From Deinococcus radiodurans R1 = ATCC 13939 = DSM 20539 (lineage in GTDB: Bacteria > Deinococcota > Deinococci > Deinococcales > Deinococcaceae): a DNA stretch of 32,000 bases. Of the stretch, positions 1 through 11,907 are shown piece by piece (positions within the stretch are counted from its first letter, which is position 1; each line of letters starts with the position of its first letter). The notes beneath the pieces are model-generated. The model was not told where the DNA came from. It saw nothing but the letters and a program-made list of their open reading frames with translations, and made no database searches. The stretch spans positions 28,532 to 60,531 of the forward strand of contig NC_001264.1 of the NCBI RefSeq assembly GCF_000008565.1, in the 5' to 3' direction. The translations under genes and the position numbers were made by a program.

Positions 1-1213
<1,213 letters not shown>

Positions 1214-1216
1214 GGC

Positions 1217-1735
1217 GTGGCAAGAAAGGCCAAGCCCCTCGTCCTTGACCCGGCGTTACAAATCACCGTGGACTGGCTGGAAGAGCAACCGCAGGATATG
1301 TGGCTCGCCTTCGTAGAGAACACCAACTACGACTTCGCGGTGGACGCCCTGCGCTGGATGGTGCGGAGCGGGAAATGTGACCGCGCCGTCGCCCTGGCGA
1401 TGTACTGGAATTTGGCAGCGGGTTATTACGTTCAGTACGCCGCCCGAAGTGAGGTTCCAGCCCACGCGCAGCTCACCTACAACCTCGTCAAGAAGATTGA
1501 GCGGATGTTCCTCGCGGGCGAGTTCGCAGAGTCCGACCTTGGCTATGACCCGACCGGGCGACTTGGTGACTACGCCGATGTCCCGGTGGTCACGCCCATT
1601 CCCGAAGAACTCAAGCGCCCCATTCCTGGACGCCAGATTGACGAGTTCGCCCTGACGCAAGGCTGGATAAACGGCCTTCCCGCCTTCGTGTACGACGAAC
1701 TTGATGCCCGCGAGCAGGGCAGCGCCGAGGCCTAA
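1217..1735 (+). CDS. Hypothetical 172-aa protein wedged between kamA and the aminotransferase. It is possibly DUF4274-like, a weak recollection based on the 'NYDF..DALRWMV....CDRAVALAMYWNL' pattern.
   Basis: The GTG start lies 3 nt after the kamA stop, with a G-rich stretch (GGGGA) about 8 nt upstream. Third-position GC bias is consistent with the host. I recognise no catalytic motif. An alternative ATG start lies at 1298. Confidence 0.55.
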   Translation: MARKAKPLVLDPALQITVDWLEEQPQDMWLAFVENTNYDFAVDALRWMVRSGKCDRAVALAMYWNLAAGYYVQYAARSEVPAHAQLTYNLVKKIERMFLAGEFAESDLGYDPTGRLGDYADVPVVTPIPEELKRPIPGRQIDEFALTQGWINGLPAFVYDELDAREQGSAEA

Positions 1736-1763
1736 GTTTTTTCAACCTGCAAGGAGCTATCCC

Positions 1764-3128
1764 ATGACCGCCACCCAAGCCAAACCCCGTCAGCCCGACC
1801 TCAAGACCTCCCTCCCCGGCCCCAAGACCGCCGAAATCATGGCCCGTGACCAGGCCACCCTCTCCACGTCCTACATGCGCCCATACCCCTTCGTGCCCGA
1901 CTTTGGTAAGGGCGTGTGGCTCACCGACGTGGACGGCAACACCATGCTGGACTTCTTCGCGGGCATTGCGGTGTCCACCACCGGGCACGCCCACCCGCAT
2001 GTGGTGCAGGCGGTGCAGCGGCAAATCGAGAAATTCACCCACGTCTGCCTGACCGACTACCCGCAGGAAATCACCACCAGCCTCGCCGAGCGTCTGGTCA
2101 AGCATGTCGAGCGTCCGGGCGAAAAGTGGCGCGTCTTCTTCTCCAACTCGGGCGCGGAGGCGGTGGAAGCGGCGGTCAAGCTCGCCCGCAACCACACCGG
2201 GCGTCAGCACATCATCTCGACGATGGGCAGCTTTCACGGGCGCACCTACGGCGCGATTACGCTGACCGGCTCCAAGACGAAGTACAAGCGCGGCTTTGGC
2301 CCGCTGCTGCCCGCCGTCTCGCACGTGCCCTACCCCAACCCCTTCCGTCCGCCGCTCGGCAGCACGCCCGAAAATTGCGGTCAGGCCGTCATCGACCACA
2401 TCGAAAGCCTGTTCGTGGGGATTTTGCCCGCCGACGAGGTGGCCGCCATCATCGTGGAGCCGATGCAGGGCGAAGGCGGCTACATCGTGCCGCCCGCCGA
2501 TTTCCTGCCGGGGCTGCGCGCCCTGTGCGACAAGCACGGCATCATGCTCATCTTCGATGAAGTGCAGGCGGGCATGGGCCGCACCGGGAAGATGTTCTCG
2601 TTCCAGCATTTTGACGTGCAGCCCGACATCATCACCTCGGCCAAGGGCATCGCGTCGGGCATGCCGCTCGGGGCGCTGCTGGCGAAAGAAAGCGTGATGA
2701 CGTGGCCCGTCGGCTCGCACGGCTCCACCTACGGCGGCAACCCGGTCGCGGCGGCGGCCTCGCACGCGACGCTGGACCTACTCGAAGGCCAGGTGAAGCA
2801 CGAGGGCTGCGGCGACAGCCTGATGGACAACGCCGCGCAGGTGGGCGATTTCATCCTGGGCGAGCTGAAAGGAATGCAGGACGAGTTCCCCTTCATCGGC
2901 GACGTGCGCGGGCGGGGGCTCTTTATCGGCATCGAGTTCGTGAAGCCCGACGGCTCCCCCGACGGCGCCCTGCGCGACCAGGCCAGCATGATGATGTTTG
3001 AAAAGGGCCTGCTCAACCTGGACTGCGGCGAAGCGGTTATCCGCATCAGCCCGCCTCTCATCCTGACGCGCGAGGAAGCGGCGACGGGGTTGGACATCAT
3101 GCGCGGGGTGTTTCAAGAACTGAAATAA
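1764..3128 (+). CDS. Class-III PLP-dependent aminotransferase (4-aminobutyrate/omega-amino acid aminotransferase-like)
   Basis: The ATG at 1764 is preceded by AAGGAG (1751-1756). The ORF-track start at 1701 is an upstream extension. Family blocks: LPGPKT, DVDGNTMLDFFAGIAV.TTGHAHP, FSNSGAEAVE.A.KLAR, IFDEVQAGMGRTGKMF, and the PLP-lysine context ITSAKG. Confidence 0.85.
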   Translation: MTATQAKPRQPDLKTSLPGPKTAEIMARDQATLSTSYMRPYPFVPDFGKGVWLTDVDGNTMLDFFAGIAVSTTGHAHPHVVQAVQRQIEKFTHVCLTDYPQEITTSLAERLVKHVERPGEKWRVFFSNSGAEAVEAAVKLARNHTGRQHIISTMGSFHGRTYGAITLTGSKTKYKRGFGPLLPAVSHVPYPNPFRPPLGSTPENCGQAVIDHIESLFVGILPADEVAAIIVEPMQGEGGYIVPPADFLPGLRALCDKHGIMLIFDEVQAGMGRTGKMFSFQHFDVQPDIITSAKGIASGMPLGALLAKESVMTWPVGSHGSTYGGNPVAAAASHATLDLLEGQVKHEGCGDSLMDNAAQVGDFILGELKGMQDEFPFIGDVRGRGLFIGIEFVKPDGSPDGALRDQASMMMFEKGLLNLDCGEAVIRISPPLILTREEAATGLDIMRGVFQELK

Positions 3129-3206
3129 CAGCGCTTTTGGCAAAGGCATTGGCCGGGCAACCGCGCCAGTGCTTTCTCCCGCTTTCCCACCCCCGGAGGT
3201 TCCACC

Positions 3207-4787
<1,581 letters not shown>

Positions 4788-4969
4788 GTAGCTGCTTGAT
4801 TTTGCTCTTTGCCCTAACATCCACAGCAGGACGGATGGGGCAGAGGGCAATTTCGCTGTTTGGTTGATGACCGCTTCAACAATTTGAAACTGGCAACCAT
4901 TCTGAATCTTTTATTGAGCTGGCCTGAACGTAAGCGGCTGACTTGCGGTCAGGCATTAGCATACTTTTC

Positions 4970-6028
4970 ATGAAGGCTCTTATCCCGGCAGCTGGCCTGG
5001 GCACCCGTTTGCGTCCTCTGACTTTTACTCGCCCTAAGCCAGTGCTGCGAGTGGCCGGACAACCCATTATTCGCCACGCGATTCGGACGCTTACTGAAGC
5101 TGGAATCACCGACATCGGCATCGTGGTTTCTGATGTGACGCGTGACGAGATCCAGCATGCGGTGCGCGAGATTCGTGATGTAAAGCTCACACTGATCAAT
5201 CAACACGATCAGCTTGGCTTAGGTCACGCCGTCCTGACTGCCCGTGAATGGGTAGGACAAGACGACTTCTGTGTTTATCTCGGCGATAACCTTTTTGAGT
5301 TTGGTGCTCGTCCTTTCATTGAGAGCTTTCATCAGAAGCACCCGGCAGCCCTGATCGCCCTCGTCAAGGTGGCTGATCCCACAGCTTTTGGAGTGGCTGA
5401 GCTCGACGGTGAGCAAATCACTCGCCTGGTCGAAAAGCCCAAAGACCCGCCCAGCAACTTGGCTGTCGCGGGACTGTACTGCTTTACGCCGCAGATTTTT
5501 GAGGTACTCGACGTGATGCCCCCCTCTGCGCGGGGTGAATATGAAATCACCGACGGCATCCAGGGCCTGATCGAACGGGGTCAGACGGTGGTCGGTCAGA
5601 GGGTCGAGGGCTGGTGGAAAGACACGGGTCGCCCGGCGGACCTGCTGGACGCCAACCGGCTGCTGCTCGAGCAAATCGAAACCGATGTTCAAGGCGATAT
5701 GGAAGGCTCCCGCATGACCGGCCGCGTAATCGTGCCGGCCTCGTCGAAGGTGCTGCGCAGCAAGATCGTGGGCCCTGTCATCATCGGTGAGGATGTGATT
5801 ATTGAAGACGCTTACATCGGGCCTTTTACCAGCATCGGGCGGGGAACTGTGATTCGCAACGCCGAGATAGAGCACAGCTCGGTGGACAGTGGGGTTGTCA
5901 TTGAGAATGTGCAGACTCGTCTGCAGGATTGCCTGATCGGCGTCAAAGCCCAGGTGCGTGGGGGCCGGACACTTCCCAAAACCCATAAGTTGACGATCAG
6001 TGATGCCAGTGTAGTCGAGTTGGCCTGA
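4970..6028 (+). CDS. Sugar-1-phosphate nucleotidylyltransferase, 'long-form' RmlA type. It has an N-terminal nucleotidyltransferase fold and a C-terminal left-handed beta-helix.
   Basis: The N-terminus [18 protein letters not shown] carries the G-x-G-T-R-L signature. The C-terminus has hexapeptide repeats ([44 protein letters not shown]). I prefer the ATG at 4970 to the TTG at 4943. Confidence 0.8.
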   Translation: MKALIPAAGLGTRLRPLTFTRPKPVLRVAGQPIIRHAIRTLTEAGITDIGIVVSDVTRDEIQHAVREIRDVKLTLINQHDQLGLGHAVLTAREWVGQDDFCVYLGDNLFEFGARPFIESFHQKHPAALIALVKVADPTAFGVAELDGEQITRLVEKPKDPPSNLAVAGLYCFTPQIFEVLDVMPPSARGEYEITDGIQGLIERGQTVVGQRVEGWWKDTGRPADLLDANRLLLEQIETDVQGDMEGSRMTGRVIVPASSKVLRSKIVGPVIIGEDVIIEDAYIGPFTSIGRGTVIRNAEIEHSSVDSGVVIENVQTRLQDCLIGVKAQVRGGRTLPKTHKLTISDASVVELA

Positions 6029-6048
6029 CCCCCACTCAGACCACTTTG

Positions 6049-6078
6049 AAAAAGAGTTTGGATCATCAAACTGTTTTT
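6049..6078. terminator. Weak, AT-rich, bidirectional-looking hairpin after the long-form rmlA gene
   Basis: aaaaagAGTTTG-gatcat-CAAACTgttttt forms a 6-bp core stem. It extends to 12 bp with one mismatch, using an A-tract on the left and a T-tract on the right. The stem is weak for a high-GC organism. Confidence 0.3.
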
Positions 6079-6101
6079 CCGAACGGGGTGAGTCAAAGAA
6101 A

Positions 6102-6174
6102 ATACGGAGCTGAGCGGCGCGGAAGAGATGGCGGCGCTTTTCCGACATCTCTGAAGAAGAGTTCAGCTCCGTAT
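6102..6174. repeat. 73-nt imperfect long inverted repeat (a nested hairpin) in the rmlA-long/manC intergenic region
   Basis: The outer arms atacggagctga (6102-6113) and tcagctccgtat (6163-6174) are a perfect 12-bp complement. In RNA a G.U pair and a C-G pair extend the stem further. An inner stem pairs agagatg (6124-6130) with catctct (6146-6152). No T-tract follows. Confidence 0.6.
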
Positions 6175-6198
6175 CAGGCCCACAAAGCTGACGAATTT

Positions 6199-6213
6199 AT
6201 GAGAAATTCTCAT
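6199..6213. promoter_or_regulatory. 7+1+7 perfect palindrome ATGAGAA-A-TTCTCAT, about 75 nt upstream of manC (candidate operator)
   Basis: Base-by-base check: 6199-6205 is the reverse complement of 6207-6213. Confidence 0.3.
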
Positions 6214-6286
6214 GCATGTGTTCGCTGAGGCAGGCATTAAAGTACGTTGATGCCATGTGCCGACCGCTTGCCGAGGAGCTGTTCAG

Positions 6287-7375
6287 ATGAGTAGTTTCGT
6301 TCCAGTCATTCTGGCGGGAGGGAGCGGCGAGCGCTTCTGGCCGCTTTCGCGTCGCCACCGCCCCAAACAGTTTCTGACGCTCGACGAGTCGGGACGCAGT
6401 CTGCTGCAGGCCACCAGTGACCGCCTGGCGCGGCTGGGCGGGGGACAGGACCGTGTGGTGGTCGTGACCGGCAACGACTACCGTTCTCAGGTGCTCGAGC
6501 AGTTGCCGGAGATGCCGATCGAGAACCTGCTGGTCGAGCCCGCGGCGCGGGACACTGCCGCCGCTATCCTCTACGCCGCACTCTGGATTGCTCAGGATGA
6601 TCCCCAGGCTGTGATGGGTGTTTTTCCGGCAGATCACCGGGTAACAGACGTCGAGGCCTTCGAGCGCGTCATTCAGCGGGCCATAGAAGTGGCGCAGGAG
6701 TCTGAACGGCTGGTGACGGTGGGCATCGCTCCTACCTTTCCGTCTACCGGCTACGGCTATATCCAGCAGGGCGAGGTCTTGCAGCCCGGTGAACTGCCTG
6801 CTTTCTCGGTCACACGCTTTACTGAAAAACCGGATGCGGTGACTGCTCAGGCCTTTCTGGATACCGGGCGCTACACCTGGAACAGCGGCATGTTCATCTG
6901 GCGCGTGCAGAGCATTCTGGCGGCGTTCGAGCAGCACCAGCCGCAGCTTTATAAGCAATTACACCAAGTCATGTCAGCGGGCACTGCATCAGCCCGGCGT
7001 GTTCAACTCCAAACCACTTTCCCCCAGTTAGAGAAGATCAGCATCGACTACGCCATTCTGGAAAAGTCAGACCGAGTGGCCGTCATTCCTGCCGAGTTCG
7101 GTTGGGACGATCTGGGCGACTGGAACGCGCTGGAAAGGCTGCTCAAAGGTGAGGGAGACAATGTGGCTGTGGGCCGTCATGTGGGTCTGGACACGGGCGG
7201 CGCTATCCTCTACACCACCAACGGCGATGATCTGATCGCTACCATCGGCCTCGATGACGTGGTGGTGGTGCGGGCTGAGGACGTGACCCTGGTGGTGCGC
7301 AAGGACCGCACCCAGGACATCAAGAAAGTCGTTCAGCAACTCAAAGCCCACCCCGAACTGGAGCGTTTCGCATGA
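6287..7375 (+). CDS. manC: Mannose-1-phosphate guanylyltransferase (short form, no PMI domain)
   Basis: The N-terminus [22 protein letters not shown] is typical of ManC/CpsB. WNSGMF and DLGDW blocks are present. The ATG at 6287 is preceded by GAGGAG (6272-6277). Confidence 0.8.
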   Translation: MSSFVPVILAGGSGERFWPLSRRHRPKQFLTLDESGRSLLQATSDRLARLGGGQDRVVVVTGNDYRSQVLEQLPEMPIENLLVEPAARDTAAAILYAALWIAQDDPQAVMGVFPADHRVTDVEAFERVIQRAIEVAQESERLVTVGIAPTFPSTGYGYIQQGEVLQPGELPAFSVTRFTEKPDAVTAQAFLDTGRYTWNSGMFIWRVQSILAAFEQHQPQLYKQLHQVMSAGTASARRVQLQTTFPQLEKISIDYAILEKSDRVAVIPAEFGWDDLGDWNALERLLKGEGDNVAVGRHVGLDTGGAILYTTNGDDLIATIGLDDVVVVRAEDVTLVVRKDRTQDIKKVVQQLKAHPELERFA

Positions 7376-9042
7376 CCGCCTCTCAAAAAGTCAACCCTTC
7401 ACCCTCGAACACTGACCTGCACATTGAGAATGCTGAGCAGGAAATCGAACTCAGCGCCCTATGGGAGGGTATTCGGCGTCGCCTGCCCTGGATTCTGCTG
7501 ACGACGGCCCTCGTGACCCCAGCGGTCTATTTCTGGTCCAAGTCACAACCAGATGTATACGAGAGCTCATCAAGTCTGGTGACGGCTGGGACGAGTGGCA
7601 TTCCGGGTGCTGGCGAGTCGTTGGTTCGGGCGTCCACGCTGCCCGAAGGCACCCTGCAAGAAGCTCTGCAAGGCCCTGTTGTTATGCAGGACATTATTCG
7701 CCGGGTGCAGAAGACCACAGAGCTTCCTCAGCCGGTGCGTCAGGAGATCGGTGGGGACCTGCAAAAAGAGCTGCAGGAGCGTGAACTTCGGACCATCGAG
7801 CTCTCGTCCCGACTGGATATGTCCGCCAACGGCGTGTACACCGTCACTGCCAAGGGGCCGACTGCCCGCGCCGCCACCTTTCTGGCCGACGCGGCGGCCG
7901 AGTCGCTGCTCAATTGGGACCGGGGCCGGGCCCTCAAAGGCCTGCAGCGCGCCGAACGGAGCCTGCGTGCTCAATTAGCGGAGATCGACCGTCAGCTGGG
8001 CGCCGGCGATCTCGATGAGGTGGACCGTCAGACCCTGATCGCCGCGCGGGCCAACACCCAACGCAACCTGGCGCAAGCGTCGATCCAGACCGAAGGGGTG
8101 GCTGGCTCTCTGGAACTGGTTGCTCCTGCCGTCGAGCCACTGCGGCCTGTTGCGCCGCGTCCGACCCGCAACGCCGTCCTGGCGGGCTTGTTGACTCTCT
8201 TGCTGGGCACCGGACTGGCGGCTTTGCGGACCGTCACTGACCGGACCGTGCGGGGTGAGGATGACCTCTTGCAACTGGGCTTCCCAGTGCTGGGCAATAT
8301 CCCGCGTCTACGTCAGCGTGACATCGTCATGAGTGGGATCGTCCGTGCGGCCCGTGCGGCCGGACTCTACGAAGCCGTGGGCTTTTTGCGTGTCAATTTG
8401 CTTTCTCAACTCTCGGAGCGGCGGGGCCAACGCATTATGATCACCTCGACTGCGCCCGGTGAAGGCAAGAGCAGCCTGACGGCTACCCTGGCGGACGGTC
8501 TGGCGAGCAGTGGTCAGCGGGTCTTGGTCATTGACGCCGATCTACGGCGAGGTACCCAGCAGGAAGTCTGGGAGAAGTACGACCGCGACCAACACTGGGT
8601 GCAGCTTACGGGTGAGGGGGGCGTACGCACTTTTCAGGACGCCCTGCGCCAACCGGAGCACGTGCAGGTAATGGAGGCGGAAGCCAATGTCCACGTCCTG
8701 CCTGCCGGGCCAGGCCTGCATGACAGCCTGGCCTTGCTCAACCGCACAGACTTGAGCGCTTTGCTCTCTCGTTGGAGCGCAGCGTATGACTTGGTACTGA
8801 TCGACAGCCCCCCCCTGTTGGCGATTGCCGATGGCCTGGTGCTCGGCAAGCATGTCGATGGCGTCCTCCTGATCACCGAAGAAGGGCGGACCAGTGTGCA
8901 GATGGTGCGTCAGGCCATCCGCCGCGCTCAGGGCTCAGGCTTGCCCATGCTGGGCTTCATTCTCAATAAGGTGTCGGCGTCCAGTAGAGACTCTTACAGC
9001 TACGGCTACGGCTATAGCCCGCGCAAGCAGAGCGCTCAGTAA
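7372..9042 (+). CDS. Fused polysaccharide co-polymerase (Wzz domain) and bacterial tyrosine (BY) autokinase, Wzc/ExoP-like
   Basis: The start overlaps the manC stop (ATGA). An N-terminal TM is followed by a coiled region and a second TM ([18 protein letters not shown]). Kinase motifs: Walker [12 protein letters not shown], Walker A' [11 protein letters not shown], Walker [11 protein letters not shown]. The C-terminal tyrosine cluster is SYSYGYGYS. Confidence 0.85.
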   Translation: MTASQKVNPSPSNTDLHIENAEQEIELSALWEGIRRRLPWILLTTALVTPAVYFWSKSQPDVYESSSSLVTAGTSGIPGAGESLVRASTLPEGTLQEALQGPVVMQDIIRRVQKTTELPQPVRQEIGGDLQKELQERELRTIELSSRLDMSANGVYTVTAKGPTARAATFLADAAAESLLNWDRGRALKGLQRAERSLRAQLAEIDRQLGAGDLDEVDRQTLIAARANTQRNLAQASIQTEGVAGSLELVAPAVEPLRPVAPRPTRNAVLAGLLTLLLGTGLAALRTVTDRTVRGEDDLLQLGFPVLGNIPRLRQRDIVMSGIVRAARAAGLYEAVGFLRVNLLSQLSERRGQRIMITSTAPGEGKSSLTATLADGLASSGQRVLVIDADLRRGTQQEVWEKYDRDQHWVQLTGEGGVRTFQDALRQPEHVQVMEAEANVHVLPAGPGLHDSLALLNRTDLSALLSRWSAAYDLVLIDSPPLLAIADGLVLGKHVDGVLLITEEGRTSVQMVRQAIRRAQGSGLPMLGFILNKVSASSRDSYSYGYGYSPRKQSAQ

Positions 9043-9046
9043 CGGC

Positions 9047-10492
9047 ATGGGCTTGCGCTCGTCTTCTCCGTCCACTCTGGGGATGGCTCCTGACCGGAGT
9101 ACCCGTTCCCTACGTCTGTCCGAATTGCCCCAGTCTCTATCGTTGGTGCTAGGAGACTTTCTCAGTGCTGTGGTGGCGTTGGAACTGACCTCACTTTTTC
9201 TGAGGGCCACGGGTCGCCCAGTTCTCAATTGGAGTGACAGCTTGATCTGGGTGGGCTTCTGGATCCTATGGCGGGCCTACCAGGGGCTCTACCCCGGCTA
9301 CGGCCGTTCGCCCCAGACCGAGCTGCGTCTGCATACGGTCGGAACCGTGCAGCTGCTGGGCGCTCAGTTGGCGGCGGCTTTTGCGGTGCACCAGCTGGCG
9401 CCCAGTGCGCTTGGTCTGGTGCTCCAGTGGGGTTTGATTCTGGTCCTCGCGCTGCTGATCCGCTATGGCCTGCGTTCCCTGCTGATCCGGGGCGGGCAGT
9501 ACGGGCGGGCCATCAGTGTCATCGGGGCTGGGCAAACTGCCGCCTTGACCATCGCCCACCTCAGGAGCAACCCGGCTTATGGGCTTAATCCGGTGGTCGC
9601 CTACGACGATAACCCCGCGCTGCATGGAACCCTGCTCGAAGGTGTGCCTATCGTCGGCACTCTGGACGACGCCCTGAACGTGCCGCGTACGGCCCAAGCT
9701 CTGATTTCTATTCCAGGTGCCCGTGCTGAAGTGCAGCAGCGGGTAGTCAATAGTGTCTATGCTGTTTATCCTTTCACTTGGGTGGTACCTGATCTTTTCT
9801 GGGTACCCAACCAAGCTTTACAACCGCACAATATTGGTAGCATTGCTACCCTAGAGATCAAAAATAACCTTAAGAGCGTACAGGCGCGATTGATCAAGCG
9901 TGCGCTTGATTTGATGCTGTCTGTTGTTGGTTTGTTCCTTATTTTTCCAATCCTCATAGCCATAGCATTTCTCATCCGTTGGGATAGCAAAGGCCCAGCT
10001 ATTTATAAAGCTGAGCGACTTGGCCGTAATGGTAAGACTTTCCCTTGTTACAAATTTAGAAGTATGTACCAGAATTCTGAGGAGCGGCTAGTAGAACTAC
10101 TTGCTGCTGACGCTGCTCGCCGCACAGAATATGAGAAATTTCATAAGCTGCGGGATGATCCCCGTGTGACTCGAATTGGTGCCTTTTTGCGAAAAACGAG
10201 TTTGGATGAATTGCCACAGCTCCTCAATGTAGTGTTAGGACAGATGAGTTTGATCGGTCCTCGGCCTTATCTTCCACGTGAACAATCAAAAATGGGAAAT
10301 ATGGCTCGGGAAATTCTCTTGGTCAACCCTGGAATGACAGGCTACTGGCAGGTCAATGAACGCAGTCAGAGTACATTTGAAAGGCGTTTGGATATGGATA
10401 GATTTTATATTGCCAACTGGACACCCTGGTTAGATGTACTTATCTTAATACAAACAGTACGTGTTGTTTTGATGGGTAAGGGGGCGTACTAA
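9047..10492 (+). CDS. Priming polyprenyl-phosphate sugar-1-phosphate transferase (WbaP/EpsE-type, large form: TM region, CoA-binding-like domain, then Bac_transf catalytic domain)
   Basis: The ATG at 9047 lies 4 nt after the kinase stop. The ORF-track start at 8894 overlaps the kinase gene in another frame. The Rossmann-like block [10 protein letters not shown] is present. The catalytic domain reads KRALDL.LS..GL....P......[24 protein letters not shown] ... [21 protein letters not shown]. Confidence 0.85.
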   Translation: MGLRSSSPSTLGMAPDRSTRSLRLSELPQSLSLVLGDFLSAVVALELTSLFLRATGRPVLNWSDSLIWVGFWILWRAYQGLYPGYGRSPQTELRLHTVGTVQLLGAQLAAAFAVHQLAPSALGLVLQWGLILVLALLIRYGLRSLLIRGGQYGRAISVIGAGQTAALTIAHLRSNPAYGLNPVVAYDDNPALHGTLLEGVPIVGTLDDALNVPRTAQALISIPGARAEVQQRVVNSVYAVYPFTWVVPDLFWVPNQALQPHNIGSIATLEIKNNLKSVQARLIKRALDLMLSVVGLFLIFPILIAIAFLIRWDSKGPAIYKAERLGRNGKTFPCYKFRSMYQNSEERLVELLAADAARRTEYEKFHKLRDDPRVTRIGAFLRKTSLDELPQLLNVVLGQMSLIGPRPYLPREQSKMGNMAREILLVNPGMTGYWQVNERSQSTFERRLDMDRFYIANWTPWLDVLILIQTVRVVLMGKGAY

Positions 10493-10494
10493 GC

Positions 10495-11757
10495 GTGTCA
10501 AGTGGTCGACAATTGATTTGTAGGGGAGGGAGTGCCGTGGTGGTTTACGGTGCATTTTTCCTACGAGCCTTTTCATTCATCCTATTATTGCCTTTATTTA
10601 CTCGTGTTATTGAGCCGGCTACCTGGGGTGGGGTGCTAGCTGCACAGGCTTTGGCTATGTGGCTGATTGTTCTGATAGATTTTGGATTCACCCTTTCTTT
10701 ATCTCGTAAGGTTGCAATCAACCGAGAAAACCTGACGCAGGTTCGTGTGGATGTGGGTAATGTATATAGCGCTAAGCTGATGTTATTGATTCCAGCTGCC
10801 TTTATTTGTTGGTTGACTACTCAATTCGGTTTACTGGAACGTTTCCCAGCTTTAGCGTGGTGGGCTTTAGCATGGGCTGCAGCTCAGAGCTTTAGTCCTT
10901 TGTGGTATTATCAAGCTGTTGAAAAAATGTATTATTTCTCAACCATAGAGATTATGGGACGTCTATTCTATATAATTTTAAGTATATGGTTAATTAAAAG
11001 TACAGCAGATGCATATATGGTCTTGTTCCTGCAGGTCGTTGCTCTCTTAATAGTACATACGATTACTCTAGTTAGACTTTGGAGAGAAATATCTGGCTTT
11101 ATTTTATCTTTCCTAGGGGGATGGAATGCTCTTAGAGAAGGAATTATTCTTTCCGGTTTTACCGTTTTAACAAGTATTTATACAGCAGCTAGCACATTCC
11201 TGTTCAGTATTTTTGCGCCAGCTGGATTAGTTCCGCAGTACGGTAATGCAGACAGGCTGGTCAGATCTGGGCTGAGCCTATTAGGACCCCTCAACCAGAT
11301 TTTGCTCCCTAAATCAGCTCGCGCTTTTGCAGAAAGTCCATCTAAAGGTTTCTCCCTAGCTAAACATCTCCTGTATTTATACTCTCTTATCGGAATATTG
11401 GGACTCTTTCTCGGTTGGCTCTTCGCTCCATTAGCAGTAAAACTCTTATTCGGGTCTCAATATGGACAATCCTTAATATATATTCGCCATTTATTAGTAT
11501 TATTTCCGTTAACTGCTATAAACACAGTAATCGTATATCATATTCTTATACCTAGTGGTAAAGAACGCTTAGTGACTAGGATATATGCATTGATTAGCAT
11601 TCTTGCTCTTATTCTAATTGGGTTATTGGTGCCAACCATGGGGGGCAAAGGTATGATTTATGCTGTAGTCATTCCTGAGGTTATAGCTCTCTTCCAGCTT
11701 GGGATATATTCAATAAAGATTGAAAAAGAATCACAAGGCATTTTTCCTATTAGGTGA
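10495..11757 (+). CDS. wzx: Wzx-type polysaccharide/O-unit flippase (MOP/MATE superfamily, multi-pass membrane protein)
   Basis: A 420-aa very hydrophobic protein with about 12 predicted TM segments. It occupies the canonical position after the priming transferase. Its DNA is low-GC. Alternative GTG starts lie at 10537 and 10540, after AGGGGAGGG. Confidence 0.65.
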   Translation: MSSGRQLICRGGSAVVVYGAFFLRAFSFILLLPLFTRVIEPATWGGVLAAQALAMWLIVLIDFGFTLSLSRKVAINRENLTQVRVDVGNVYSAKLMLLIPAAFICWLTTQFGLLERFPALAWWALAWAAAQSFSPLWYYQAVEKMYYFSTIEIMGRLFYIILSIWLIKSTADAYMVLFLQVVALLIVHTITLVRLWREISGFILSFLGGWNALREGIILSGFTVLTSIYTAASTFLFSIFAPAGLVPQYGNADRLVRSGLSLLGPLNQILLPKSARAFAESPSKGFSLAKHLLYLYSLIGILGLFLGWLFAPLAVKLLFGSQYGQSLIYIRHLLVLFPLTAINTVIVYHILIPSGKERLVTRIYALISILALILIGLLVPTMGGKGMIYAVVIPEVIALFQLGIYSIKIEKESQGIFPIR

Positions 11758-11805
11758 CTACGAACAACTTTTTCCTTTTACATGGAGACCAACTATATTT
11801 TGGAT

Positions 11806-11823
11806 TATACAATTAATTGTATA
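11806..11823. promoter_or_regulatory. Perfect 18-bp palindrome TATACAATT/AATTGTATA in the AT-rich wzx-wzy spacer (candidate operator)
   Basis: Verified base by base over 9 complementary pairs. The symmetry breaks at 11805/11824. Confidence 0.35.
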
Positions 11824-11907
11824 TATGAGACACTTTTAATAGGGAGTTATATTTAAAACTTACTCTTTTGGCGAAGAAAGATAATGGCGTAAATGATGGA
11901 GGCGTAA

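Noticed and set aside
1611-2765. Long ORFs antisense to, or out of frame with, well-supported genes. Examples: 1611-2765(-) 384 aa, 3219-3968(-), 5219-6148(-), 6197-6958(-), 17352-18212(-), 22641-23492(-), 25071-26165(+), 26244-27824(+) 526 aa, 28389-29549(-), 29573-31114(-) 513 aa.
   Set aside because: They are typical high-GC shadow ORFs. Their translations are Arg/Gly/Ala/Pro-rich and low in complexity, with no recognisable motifs. Each lies entirely within a gene on the other strand or frame that has strong family signatures.
4808-4850. The inverted repeat ttgccct...agggcaa after the ALDH gene, considered as an intrinsic terminator.
   Set aside because: The stem is only 7 bp with a loop of about 28 nt, and the T-run that follows is poor. 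That is too weak to call.
6046-6228. A 60-aa ORF in the rmlA-long/manC intergenic region, considered as a possible small protein.
   Set aside because: It has no SD and an odd composition. It runs straight through the hairpin and palindrome elements, which are the more likely functional content. It cannot be supported from sequence alone.
8990-9030. The repetitive SYSYGYGYS coding stretch, considered as a tandem DNA repeat or artefact.
   Set aside because: It is the expected C-terminal tyrosine cluster of a BY-kinase (autophosphorylation sites), not an independent repeat element.
11806-11823. I considered whether the 18-bp palindrome is a radiation/desiccation response motif (RDRM, the DdrO operator).
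   Set aside because: As I remember it, the RDRM has TTATGT...ACATAA-type half sites. Here the half sites are TATACAATT/AATTGTATA, with ACA/TGT in the opposite arrangement. The site also lies in foreign AT-rich DNA, so it is not a convincing RDRM.
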